Positions 51,051 through 60,641 of a stretch of 64,000 bases of DNA are shown piece by piece; the first letter of the stretch is position 1, and each line of letters begins with the position of its first letter. The position numbers were made by a program, and so were the translations under genes. The notes under the pieces were generated by a model that made no database searches, was not told the origin of the DNA, and saw nothing but the letters and a program-made list of their open reading frames with translations. Source of the stretch: an uncultured virus (IMG/VR IMGVR_UViG_3300046665_000305) (lineage: Duplodnaviria > Heunggongvirae > Uroviricota > Caudoviricetes); the IMG/VR virus record IMGVR_UViG_3300046665_000305, positions 1 through 64,000 of that record. The stretch is one strand, 5' to 3'.

Positions 51051-53048
51051 TTGGATTACCTGATTCGTGGTTCTGAATATCTGGCACAGCACGTAGGATT
51101 CAATCTCGTGGGTCGAAATCACGACTTGGACCGGCTCAGCGCTATTTTGATGCGCAGCGCGGCTAACTCTGTCGTGCTTGTCGGTCCCGGTGGTGTAGGT
51201 ATTACCGCGCTGTGCCTTGGACTTCAGATGAGGAAGGCTGATCCAGACGCGCCATTTGATATCGTGGCGAAGCGATTGTTCTGGCTAGATACCGATGGTC
51301 TTTTCTCATCCGGCGATTCCAACAAGACGAGTGAAGATTTCCGAAAGATCATGGCTCGTCTCGAAAAGACGCCTGATTCTATTCTGATCATCGAAGATAC
51401 GCGTGATTTCATTGAGGCTTGCCGTAACAATGGCGCGGTTCATTTCATTAATGACCTAATGTCGTCCGTTAAGCGGAACCTGACTCAGGTTATCTTTGAA
51501 ACGCGCGACGAAGATGCTGAAACTGTCATGAGGGTTCATAGTGACCTGAAGGAATGTTTCACAATGATGGACGTGATTGAGCCTGTCAAAGAGGCGCTTC
51601 ATGAAATCGTCACGAAGACAGCTGAAGGTCTGTCAAAGTATCACGAGATTGTAATCAACGATGACGCTATTCTTGAGGCGATTACACTTACGAACAAATA
51701 TCGTACCCGCGATCCGGGTCTCAGCCGTGCTCAGCCAGAGCGTAGCGTCACACTTCTGGATCGTGCACTTGCCAGTTATCGTCTCAAGGCTCACGCCGGT
51801 CTAGACGAAACTGTTTCTGCAAAGCTACGAGAATTTAATAAAAACAAAAGAGACGGCGAAATCGAAATCGCCAATCTTGAAGAAAATATTGAGCAAAAGC
51901 TGAAGGAAATCAAGGACAAGGGCGACAGTTTCAATATCGGGATTGAGCCTCCCGCCGTTATGGAACTTCGCAAAACTATTAAAGAATTCCAAAAAGTAGT
52001 TGATGCGAATAAGGCAGAATTTGATAAGTTAAAACTTCAAATTAATGCCGATCTACGCTTGACGAAAGAAATGGTGACGGAAGAATTTTCCACGATTTCA
52101 GGAATTGCGGCGTCGAAGCTTAATGAAAACGAGCGTGAAAAGCTGAAGGGTCTTGAGAACGCTTTGGGTCAGCGTATCTTCGGGCAAGCACAGGCCGTTG
52201 GTAAGTTGGCAAATGCGGTCAAAGTGGCTCGCGCCGTGCGTCGTAATAAGGAATCTCCGCAAGCTTCGTTCATGTTTCTCGGTCCATCTGGCGTTGGTAA
52301 AACCGAAATTGCAAAGGCTTTGGCCTCAATCCTCCTAGGTAGTGAGAAATCGCTGGCTCGCTTCGACATGTCGGAATACTCGGAAAAGCATGCCGTGGCA
52401 AAGCTTATCGGTGCGCCTCCCGGCTATGAACTGGCTGAGGCTGGTGGTGTTTTGACCAACTTGATGCGAACCAATCCTAATCAGATTCTTCTCTTCGATG
52501 AAATTGAAAAGGCTGATCCTCAGATTTTCAATCTCTTCCTTCAGATTCTTTCTGATGGGCGTCTCACTGATAACTTGGGCCGTACCGTATCGTTCGCAGA
52601 TTCCATCATTATCATGACAACGAATATTGGTCAGCCCCATTTCCTCAATGAGGAATTGACGTGGGAGGAGGCTGAAACTCTTGCGTATGAAGACCTAAAC
52701 AATACCTATCGTCCTGAATTCCTTAACAGATTTGCGGGCCGTGAGAACATTGTTTGCTTCAGAAAGCTTGAAGTGGAACATATCGAACATATTGTTATGC
52801 GCGAAATTAATAAAATTTCTGGCGTCTATGGCGAGGAAGGGATTGTTATCACTATTCAGGGACAAACGATCACGAATTTCTGCGCCGATCACTATGACCC
52901 TGTCATTGGGGCTCGCGGCTTGCCGGGATACATCGAAACCAATCTTGAGCCTATTTTCGCTGATTTTGCCATCGATGGCTTTACAGGTAATCTCTCTGTA
53001 AAGTATGATACTGAAACAAAATCATTTAAGGTGGAGAAGGAGCAATAA
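51051..53048 (+). CDS. ClpB/ClpA-like Hsp100 AAA+ ATPase (no N-domain, degenerate NBD1)
   Basis: NBD1 GPGGVGIT, middle coiled coil, NBD2 GPSGVGKT, DMSEY, LIGAPPGY, LFDEIEKA, GARG. Confidence 0.9.
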   Translation: MDYLIRGSEYLAQHVGFNLVGRNHDLDRLSAILMRSAANSVVLVGPGGVGITALCLGLQMRKADPDAPFDIVAKRLFWLDTDGLFSSGDSNKTSEDFRKIMARLEKTPDSILIIEDTRDFIEACRNNGAVHFINDLMSSVKRNLTQVIFETRDEDAETVMRVHSDLKECFTMMDVIEPVKEALHEIVTKTAEGLSKYHEIVINDDAILEAITLTNKYRTRDPGLSRAQPERSVTLLDRALASYRLKAHAGLDETVSAKLREFNKNKRDGEIEIANLEENIEQKLKEIKDKGDSFNIGIEPPAVMELRKTIKEFQKVVDANKAEFDKLKLQINADLRLTKEMVTEEFSTISGIAASKLNENEREKLKGLENALGQRIFGQAQAVGKLANAVKVARAVRRNKESPQASFMFLGPSGVGKTEIAKALASILLGSEKSLARFDMSEYSEKHAVAKLIGAPPGYELAEAGGVLTNLMRTNPNQILLFDEIEKADPQIFNLFLQILSDGRLTDNLGRTVSFADSIIIMTTNIGQPHFLNEELTWEEAETLAYEDLNNTYRPEFLNRFAGRENIVCFRKLEVEHIEHIVMREINKISGVYGEEGIVITIQGQTITNFCADHYDPVIGARGLPGYIETNLEPIFADFAIDGFTGNLSVKYDTETKSFKVEKEQ

Positions 53049-53797
53049 TGGCTGACAATGATCTTCTTGAGCAAATGCGCAGGGCTCGCGAGACTCAGGA
53101 AAAAATTGAGCTAGACAGGGCCAAGGTAAAATCGGAATCTCGCGTCGAGCGCATGTCGGAAGATTTGAACATGTTCCACAGGTTCATTCTTCAGGTCGTA
53201 GCGGCGTGCCAGTGGTCGTTCTGGAACGTTGGTATTCCGACATGGAAAGTTGTTCGTTGGCCGTTCTGGAAGCTCCTGAAGCAGTACAGACGCCTTTGGA
53301 GCCTTGTCGTGTATCAGCGTGACGAATTTGAAAATCTCCGGTTCTCCAAGGTGAGGGCCGGGATGCTTCTCACTGGTTCAGTGATCTTTGTCTGGTTCTT
53401 CCTGTGGCCCATGATATTCTTTGCCGGTGAGGCGGTGAGTTATGGTTTGACCGCAAAAGTCAATGAAAAAATTTACTTGCACAATAGTCAAGAAATTGAT
53501 TCGGAAAATAACATTCACTCAGTGCAAGGCGCGACACGCCTACCGTTGGATGAGAATGACACCATCTATTTTAGAATCGAAGGGACGCTGTTCAACCACC
53601 TGTGGAGCTTGATGCATAGCCATGGTCTGTTCTACAGCGATTATGTCAGTGCCACCGTTCCCCCCGGCCTTAATATCTGCACCACAACGTCATACGGCTT
53701 CAGGTTAAAGCTCCTGATGCGCAATTGGGAAATTTATCCTCATTTGTTGAGTGCTACATGTAATCCAGTAAATGGCGAGGGTTTGAAAGATAAATGA
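53048..53797 (+). CDS. membrane protein coupled to the Clp ATPase gene
   Basis: Overlapping stop/start, central TM helix, C-terminal YG.R....W..YP..L...C. Confidence 0.7.
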   Translation: MADNDLLEQMRRARETQEKIELDRAKVKSESRVERMSEDLNMFHRFILQVVAACQWSFWNVGIPTWKVVRWPFWKLLKQYRRLWSLVVYQRDEFENLRFSKVRAGMLLTGSVIFVWFFLWPMIFFAGEAVSYGLTAKVNEKIYLHNSQEIDSENNIHSVQGATRLPLDENDTIYFRIEGTLFNHLWSLMHSHGLFYSDYVSATVPPGLNICTTTSYGFRLKLLMRNWEIYPHLLSATCNPVNGEGLKDK

Positions 53798-54022
53798 CGA
53801 CAAATAAAGACATTTGGTATCAAGGAAGTCTCCTTGTCACAAATATTACCCGAAAGTTTGATAAAAATACGTGGGAGGAATATGACAGGGAAGAGAAGCG
53901 CAAAGTTTTTAGACATTTTTATCCCTATGACGAGGGTCGGTCCAGAGAACTTGTTGCTATCTTTTTAAACGCTGATGATGCGGCACGTGCCGTGGCTGAT
54001 CACAACATTAGAGGAGAAAACA

Positions 54023-54436
54023 ATGTCTGACACTCTGACCAAAATTCGTACACATTTTCTGGACAGTCGCAAGGCTCGCGACACTGAAACATCGGCCTTC
54101 CTGTCAACCATCATTGGTGAGATCGAATCTAACGCTAAAATGGTTGATGGCATAAAGGTCGTGACAGAAGAGGACGTGGTCAAGGTTCTTAAATCTTTTG
54201 AAAAGAAGACAATTGAATTTTTGCTCGTCGTGCCTGAGAACGCTAAGTCACTTAAGGAGAAGGCTATCATCGAATCTTTCCTGCCTAAGCAACTTAATGA
54301 GCAAGAAATCCTTGACATTCTCGAAAAAAGTGGTACAGAGAAGGTAATGGGTTCTTTGATGAAATATCTCAAAGATCATTATGCCGGTCAATATGACGGC
54401 AAAACTGCTTCGAAAGTTGTGAAGGGGATGCTTTGA
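54023..54436 (+). CDS. GatB/YqeY domain protein
   Basis: E..I...FLP.QL.E.EI, MG..M..LK..Y.G.YDGK; SD GAGGAG. Confidence 0.85.
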   Translation: MSDTLTKIRTHFLDSRKARDTETSAFLSTIIGEIESNAKMVDGIKVVTEEDVVKVLKSFEKKTIEFLLVVPENAKSLKEKAIIESFLPKQLNEQEILDILEKSGTEKVMGSLMKYLKDHYAGQYDGKTASKVVKGML

Positions 54437-55424
54437 TGAGTTATTACGACAAGACAAGGGAAGAACGACGCCAGAGGCTTAGTCGTGAAGCTTCCGACAT
54501 GACGACGGCTCAGCTGCGGTCAGCACTGGAATGGCAGATGGCTCTTGAGGATCATGGCGCTGAAATTGGTGAGAGCCTAGCTTCTTCATCTAAGATAGAA
54601 ATTATTAGACTAGAATTAGCGAGGCGTTATTGACATGGCCACTGCAATCGTTTGGGACGCTTATCATCGAGACCAATATGAAGGCACTTTGTTTAAGCGT
54701 TATCCAGACGGTATAACTATTGACTTGTCAAATGGAATCAGATACTTTGCTAAAAACGTTAACATCGTTTCAGTTGAAGGAGAAGAAAAGGAGGAATTGG
54801 AAAGTGGAGAGCAAAGCGTTTGAAGAAGGTTGGGACGCATATTTCTTTGGGTCTGACCGGGGCGAAAATCCTTACAAAATGTCTCAGGACGAATATCAAG
54901 ATTGGGAATCAGGATATCTTGATGCCATGGATTTCGACCTGTTTAAAGAATCAGAGGAGGGCGAGTCGTGGAGGGTAACGGCTTGAAGATGGAGATTAGG
55001 GTAACGAGTTACGTCAATGCATTCGACCTAGCTCTTTATCTTTCCAAGAAAATTGGCAAATCTGTTGAGGTTGGCGATACAAATAATTATTCAGATTATG
55101 CCGTTTTGGTTCAGAGAAAAGAACTTGATCAATGGGATCAAAATGTTCTTGATGAATTCTTAAGTACCGGTTGGCTTAGCATGGAGCGTAGTCGTCGGGT
55201 TGTCATGACTTATGCCGCCAATATGGGTTGGATCGAAGAAGGGAATTACGTAATCCGCGTATCATGGTAAAATATTTTATCCATGCCTTAGCGCCGCGCC
55301 GATACGTAATTATGTGTAAAGTGTGGTACAGGCCTTTTAAACGTTTCTTTTTAAATGGCGAATATCGATCTATGGATGATGTTCAAGAAGCCATTGATGA
55401 ACTGAGAGATAAGGAGACCGGTGA

Positions 55425-55688
55425 ATGAAGAGGAATTTTTTTGGCGATCCAGTGCCAGCAAATTTTGATGAGATCGAGGAAGCTCTCATGGAGATAGACG
55501 CTGTTGTCGAAACTGTCGCTGTCTTGGTTGAGTTTAACCATGAAGAGGGTGAATTTCATGGCTTTACCGCTACAATCGATGACGAAAGTGGTAGCGCCTT
55601 CACCACGCTTGGATATGAATCCAAGGAACAACTAATTAATGATCTTATCGCTGCTGGTATTGGCCATCGTCAAATTGACGAAATTTAA
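55425..55688 (+). CDS. small acidic protein (paralog of 23480..23731)
   Basis: Shared motifs; SD AAGGAG. Confidence 0.6.
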   Translation: MKRNFFGDPVPANFDEIEEALMEIDAVVETVAVLVEFNHEEGEFHGFTATIDDESGSAFTTLGYESKEQLINDLIAAGIGHRQIDEI

Positions 55689-56228
55689 TACTTGACTTGC
55701 GTTGAAGAATCATGTGTAGTGTCCTTCTAGTATATAACATAGGAGGACTTGCCATGAATAGAAAGATTGTAATGCCGTTTGTCGTATTAGCCATCCCTTT
55801 ACTAGGTTCGATGGCTTATGTCTACCGAGACAGTTTAGGCCTGCCGCAGACCGAAGAGGGTAGGACGCAGCAGATTGCGAAAAACATTTTCGACAACTGC
55901 GTCACCGAAATGCCTAAATATATGAAACAACTCCCGGTCTATAAGATCAACGAGGCGTGCTCCATCACTGCGATGGATGAGGCAAAGAAGCAGTACGCCA
56001 TCGAGAAGCTGACCGGCAAAAAAGGCCTGCTATAAATGGCGTTCAAGAAGATGTACCACGGCACGATGCTTGCCGTGGGAAACGGGAAGCGAATAGTTAT
56101 CAAGCATGACGGCACGATCAATCGCCAAGACTTGGATAAGCTGACGATGGAAGAATTATACATCGTGATGCGGGCGTATTGCAGCGGTCGGATAAAGGAA
56201 GACATGATCGATCTTATCATGAAAGAAG

Positions 56229-56495
56229 TTGAAGCTCATGCCGAGTCTTGAGGAAGACAGGGAGCTTATGGCCTTCTTCCTTGGCGGTACGTGTCAGACC
56301 ATAGTTATGGCATGCGAGGCTTTGGACCTAGACGAAAGTCTGGATTGGGAAGACGAGCTTTTAAACGCTCGCCCTAGCATTGAGTGCTGCTCCGATTGCG
56401 GGTGGTGGATGGAAAGCGCCGTTCTCGAATTTATCGAGGATGGTAATGGAAAAGTTTTATGTGAAGAGTGTTTTAAAGATTTTTATGAAGAATGA
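56229..56495 (+). CDS. small zinc-finger protein
   Basis: C..CGWW ... C..C. Confidence 0.6.
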   Translation: MKLMPSLEEDRELMAFFLGGTCQTIVMACEALDLDESLDWEDELLNARPSIECCSDCGWWMESAVLEFIEDGNGKVLCEECFKDFYEE

Positions 56496-56665
56496 ATTAT
56501 TTGAATTAATTAAAGAATCTTGGGAAAATGCCTGCCGTAACGGTTATGGGCCTGAACTTACGGCGCTTCCTCTTGATCGCAGAGTTGACGATATGATGGA
56601 CTGTGACGCCTTAGTGGCTGAGTATCCAAGAGAAAATATTTTAAAAATTATGGAACAAATATTTA

Positions 56666-56953
56666 ATGTCTAAAGCAGAAATTGAAAAACTACTAGAACA
56701 AGCCCTGTCTCTTATTACTGAGGCAGAAGAAATTGCAAACAGTACCGGCGAAACCTTTCATTTCGATTTAGCCTACGGCATGGGCGGTACATATTATCCA
56801 GAGCGTATGTCTAAGGATGACGCACTGGCACTTCTAAGGTCGGGCAAGGACCTTAGCGCGGAACAGCGTAAAAATATTGCCAAAATAATTGACGAAGATG
56901 ACAACAATTATTACAACCGAAGCGGTTGGGTATCTTCATCATCCATGTGCTAA
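56666..56953 (+). CDS. small protein ending GWVSSSSMC
   Basis: ORF track; C-terminal half homologous to the next peptide. Confidence 0.7.
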   Translation: MSKAEIEKLLEQALSLITEAEEIANSTGETFHFDLAYGMGGTYYPERMSKDDALALLRSGKDLSAEQRKNIAKIIDEDDNNYYNRSGWVSSSSMC

Positions 56954-56980
56954 CATTAACTTTTAAAAAGGAAATATATT

Positions 56981-57118
56981 ATGACAAAGACTGAAGCCCT
57001 TGAACTACTTCGTTCCGGCGTAGAGCTTACCGAAGAGCAGCGCACCACTATCGCGGAAGCAATCGAAGACGCTGAACTTTATGACGATTGGACTTCTTGG
57101 GAAGGCTCTAGCTGCTAA
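56981..57118 (+). CDS. 45-aa peptide ending WEGSSC
   Basis: Read from the sequence: MTKTEALELLRSGVELTEEQRTTIAEAIEDAELYDDWTSWEGSSC; AAGGA SD. Confidence 0.7.
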   Translation: MTKTEALELLRSGVELTEEQRTTIAEAIEDAELYDDWTSWEGSSC

Positions 57119-57165
57119 AACCTTCCTCAAATTAATTTAAAGAAGGTTATTAAAGGAGTAATGTT

Positions 57166-58044
57166 ATGCTTTTAGTCGGTTCTCAAGCATTTGATTTCGG
57201 TCGGGTCCCTAGTGATATCGACTATATCGCAACTCCCGGTGAGTTAGAACTTTTTAAAGAAGTAAATAGTGATAAAATCGTTCTCGTCAAGCCTACAAAA
57301 TTTGGCGAGACGATTTTCATGCAAGGGTCTGATCCGGTGGAATTTGACACGTCGGAAACGGGTCAAGAATTAATGTTTATAAGCGATAAGGATTACGATT
57401 TAGCTCGTCTTCAACACGATGGGCATTTGATCGCTGAGCCTAATCTGCTTCTGACACTTAAAATGTCGCATAGGTTTCTTAAAAATAGCCCTCATTTTCT
57501 TAAAACTATGAAAGATATCTGGTACTTGAGAATGCTTGGAGCTACAGTTCCTGAAAGTCTGACAGATTGGCTCAAGCGCCGATCCAAAGTGACTTACGAT
57601 TACGGTCATCCTAGTTTAAAGAGAAATAAAGAAAACTTTTTCAGTAATGATGAAGTTCCTTATATCTACGATCATGATACGATTCATGAATCTGTAAAAA
57701 CATTCTCGACGCCTGCATTCGAACTTATTAAAGATGATGCAGCGGAAGTGTTTTGCTCGAAAGAGAAATTCATGGCTCAGCCTGAAGAGATTAAGCTAGC
57801 TACTGTTTTAGAGGAAAGCCTGACGCTCGCGCTAGAACGTAGCCAAATTCCGTTTAATTTTGAGCCTGATCGGTATAAGTCATTTACTACAGCGCTTGAA
57901 AAAGTGTGCACCAGCATTGCCTCTGGTTGGTGGCGGACCTACGCATGGGAAAATTACTTTACCGTGTTAGAAATGTATAACGAAAATTATGTTGACCGCT
58001 TTAAAACAGCACTCTCAGAAGGTATTATTAAACCTTATGCGTAA
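57166..58044 (+). CDS. Pol-beta-superfamily nucleotidyltransferase-like protein
   Basis: LVGS.A ... SDID motif; LK.SH, YDHD.IH, EE...LA.ER. Confidence 0.7.
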   Translation: MLLVGSQAFDFGRVPSDIDYIATPGELELFKEVNSDKIVLVKPTKFGETIFMQGSDPVEFDTSETGQELMFISDKDYDLARLQHDGHLIAEPNLLLTLKMSHRFLKNSPHFLKTMKDIWYLRMLGATVPESLTDWLKRRSKVTYDYGHPSLKRNKENFFSNDEVPYIYDHDTIHESVKTFSTPAFELIKDDAAEVFCSKEKFMAQPEEIKLATVLEESLTLALERSQIPFNFEPDRYKSFTTALEKVCTSIASGWWRTYAWENYFTVLEMYNENYVDRFKTALSEGIIKPYA

Positions 58045-58197
58045 TATTTTACCTGTTGTTGGAATTACTATATTCATTATTCTCGCCGGTTTCGGTCTCT
58101 ATGCCAAAGGCGTAGCGAGTTACCACTGCGGACTAGGTAATTCTATTCTCTTTGGAAAGAACGTTGTTTGGGCCTATTACATGGGATATTGTGATAA

Positions 58198-58449
58198 GTG
58201 ACTAAAATCATTCATGTCAACAGACATTTCATCGCAGCAAATGCAAAAGATGGTGGAAATAGGCCTGTCTATACCATTAAGGACCGAGGCAAGACGAGAT
58301 ACGCCAGAGAAGTCATTATCGATGGCCCATCTAAACTAGTTTATGATGGCTCACAGCTTAATTGTGGCGCTAGGGCGTGGATCGAAACTGATTCAAATCT
58401 AATTCTTGTAGACGAGATGAGCTTCGCGGAAGCCAAACTAAATGACTAA
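58198..58449 (+). CDS. conserved phage hypothetical protein
   Basis: IHVN...I..N.K, V.I.GPS..VY, L.CGAR.WIET. Confidence 0.65.
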   Translation: MTKIIHVNRHFIAANAKDGGNRPVYTIKDRGKTRYAREVIIDGPSKLVYDGSQLNCGARAWIETDSNLILVDEMSFAEAKLND

Positions 58450-58783
58450 ACAAGAAATCTTCGACACTATCTACCTCGGAATGAAATCTCAAGGCTTTCG
58501 TCAAAGCACTATAGGCTACGATTGTCGTTACAGAAATAAACGAAGAAAGTTAAAGTGCGTCGGAGGTTGGTTAATTCCAGATGAAGTGTATTCGGCTCGA
58601 AAAATGGAAGGTTTAACCATTAGGGAACTTGACTTTTTTATGGGAATGGAGCATTTAGATTTCATTGAAGAAGCTCAAGAGATTCACGATGAATCAATGA
58701 TGATTGAGGAAATGCGTTGGAGGCTTCAAAAGTTAGCTCAGCGCCACAAATTGGAGATTCCAGATGACACAATTTTCGAATGA
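58442..58783 (+). CDS. hypothetical protein (tandem paralog A)
   Basis: QE.FD...QG, C.YR, C..G.LIPD..Y, Q..HD. Confidence 0.65.
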   Translation: MTKQEIFDTIYLGMKSQGFRQSTIGYDCRYRNKRRKLKCVGGWLIPDEVYSARKMEGLTIRELDFFMGMEHLDFIEEAQEIHDESMMIEEMRWRLQKLAQRHKLEIPDDTIFE

Positions 58784-59144
58784 ACAAGAACTTTTTGACG
58801 CGGTGTTTACCGCTCTTGAGAAGCAGGGTTTTATCAAGTCTGTCGTGCCTGAGCAGGTAGATGAGATGTGGGACATTGATCCAAGTTTTGTTCAGTGCAG
58901 GTATCGAGGCGCTAATGGCTGCCGCTGCGCTGCGGGGCATATCCTTCCAGATGCTGATTACAAAGAAGAATTTGAAAGGATATCTGTTAATGGCGTGAAG
59001 TACTTTGTGAATAATCTTTCCGACCAACAACTCACACTTATTCGTGAGCTACAGCAGGCTCATGATTTTGCCAAAAGCCCCGAAGATATGAAACAACGCC
59101 TCATTGGGGCAGCGCGGTATGCAGGCTTGGCTGTACCAGCTTAA
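58764..59144 (+). CDS. hypothetical protein (tandem paralog B)
   Basis: Same motifs as the preceding ORF. Confidence 0.65.
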   Translation: MTQFSNEQELFDAVFTALEKQGFIKSVVPEQVDEMWDIDPSFVQCRYRGANGCRCAAGHILPDADYKEEFERISVNGVKYFVNNLSDQQLTLIRELQQAHDFAKSPEDMKQRLIGAARYAGLAVPA

Positions 59145-59146
59145 GA

Positions 59147-59274
59147 CGACGTGACGAAAGAAACTGTTACAACTCTCGTCACGTCGCCCCGCTCGCTTCT
59201 CCCTTAGATACTCCTCTCAAAGTAGTAACTGACCTAAAACTACTACTTTGATTACTGAGAAATACTAAGGAAGC
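59147..59274. repeat. two adjacent long inverted repeats in an intergenic region
   Basis: CGACGTGACGA/TCGTCACGTCG and TCAAAGTAGTA/TACTACTTTGA (11 bp perfect each) plus outer CCTTAG/CTAAGG. Confidence 0.75.
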
Positions 59275-59340
59275 CCTCAAATTGTCATGTATCAAGATGT
59301 GTAACACACCATTAATAATTGATCAAGGCGGTATTTATAT

Positions 59341-59739
59341 ATGACTATTCCTATTAGTAAAAGATTTCCTTCAGACCAGCATTTTGCCGTCGTTCTGTTT
59401 GACACGAATATTGGTTGTGATGGCGAGGGATGGTGGAACGGTGATAATGCTGTGAATTATCTTGTCATGACATATGAAGAGATCGTTCAGTGGGTAGCAA
59501 AAAACAAAGATAGAAAATTTAAAGTTGTCGAAGTTTACCCTATGACGGTTGAGATTCCTGAGCCTGTTGTTATTAGTACTAAGCCTTATGAAATGCCTCC
59601 TCATTTAGTAGAAATGAAGAACGAAGTTCTGGACCAAGCAAGAGAATATGCTAAGTTGCAACGCGAAAGATTGGATAGCATTCAAGACCCTGTCATGAAG
59701 GCTGCGTTGATCAAAGATTTAAAAAAAGAGGGTTGGTGA
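59341..59739 (+). CDS. hypothetical protein
   Basis: 132 aa ORF. Confidence 0.55.
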   Translation: MTIPISKRFPSDQHFAVVLFDTNIGCDGEGWWNGDNAVNYLVMTYEEIVQWVAKNKDRKFKVVEVYPMTVEIPEPVVISTKPYEMPPHLVEMKNEVLDQAREYAKLQRERLDSIQDPVMKAALIKDLKKEGW

Positions 59740-60320
59740 TGGATTTTAGAGTAGGTGATAGAGTTAAATTGGTTCAGCGGCGCGATCTTTACGGTGAAAC
59801 TATTCCTGATATAGCTAATGAATGGAAGCTCGATACGCCTTACATCATTTCGGCGATTAATAATCGTAACACTTGGTTAGGCCCTAATTATGCCTTTCAA
59901 GGCACATGGGATTGCGTGAACTTTGAGGGTCTTGAAGGTTACTGGTTCAGGAGCGACGATCTTGAGTACGCGGCTGAGCCGGGAACTTATTGCTCACTAG
60001 GCGGTGAGAAAGTCTATTTCGTTGGCGTCGATCCTAATAATTCTGAGCTTGCTGTGATCATTGATCATGAGCGCGATGTGACGCGGTGCTATATCCACAA
60101 CTTCATGCCGTGGCGCGAGCCGCCTAAGAAGGTCGTAGGTTACGCTGTTGTGGTGCGAGGCGCAATCAAGACCAAAGAATTATTTTTCTTGGAAAATATT
60201 CAAGATACAGAAAAAGAAGCGCATGAAGTTTTTGAGCGTGAAAATGATGGCTCAATTGAATTAGTTGAAATTTTAAAAATTGAATATGAAGAAAAATCTG
60301 AAAAACCTGTTGACATTTGA
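59733..60320 (+). CDS. hypothetical protein
   Basis: FRVGDRV phage SH3-like N-terminus. Confidence 0.6.
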   Translation: MVMDFRVGDRVKLVQRRDLYGETIPDIANEWKLDTPYIISAINNRNTWLGPNYAFQGTWDCVNFEGLEGYWFRSDDLEYAAEPGTYCSLGGEKVYFVGVDPNNSELAVIIDHERDVTRCYIHNFMPWREPPKKVVGYAVVVRGAIKTKELFFLENIQDTEKEAHEVFERENDGSIELVEILKIEYEEKSEKPVDI

Positions 60321-60338
60321 TACGGAATGTCTTAGATA
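60310..60338 (+). promoter_or_regulatory. sigma70-type promoter of the ncRNA cluster
   Basis: TTGACA-N17-TAGATA. Confidence 0.75.
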
Positions 60339-60388
60339 GGAATAACAAGATAACTAAATCTTCCTCAACTGTTGTTGAAGAAGTTTAA

Positions 60389-60638
60389 CCAAGAGTAGCT
60401 CCAAAGTATGCCTTGTGTCAAAAGGTAGCAGGTAGAGCACCACGACCTGATTTAGTGTAACGATGTGGCAAATCGTGTTACGACACTAAATAGAATTGGA
60501 TAGGATACTGCCGCAGAACAGGATTAAGTAGTGGGTCAGATCAACTCATGAAAAAGACTTAGTACCGCGTCAGTAAAATTGAAAAGGATTGGGTAGAAAA
60601 CGTGGGGGCTGGTGGTTCGAATCCATTCTCTTGGACCA
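60389..60638 (+). ncRNA. tRNA-like RNA 1 with a 156-nt insert replacing the anticodon loop and an expanded D-loop
   Basis: Acceptor CCAAGAG/CTCTTGG, A73, CCA; D stem GCTC/GAGC; AC stem CCACG/CGTGG; T arm GGTGG-TTCGAAT-CCATT. Confidence 0.8.
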
Positions 60639-60641
60639 GTT

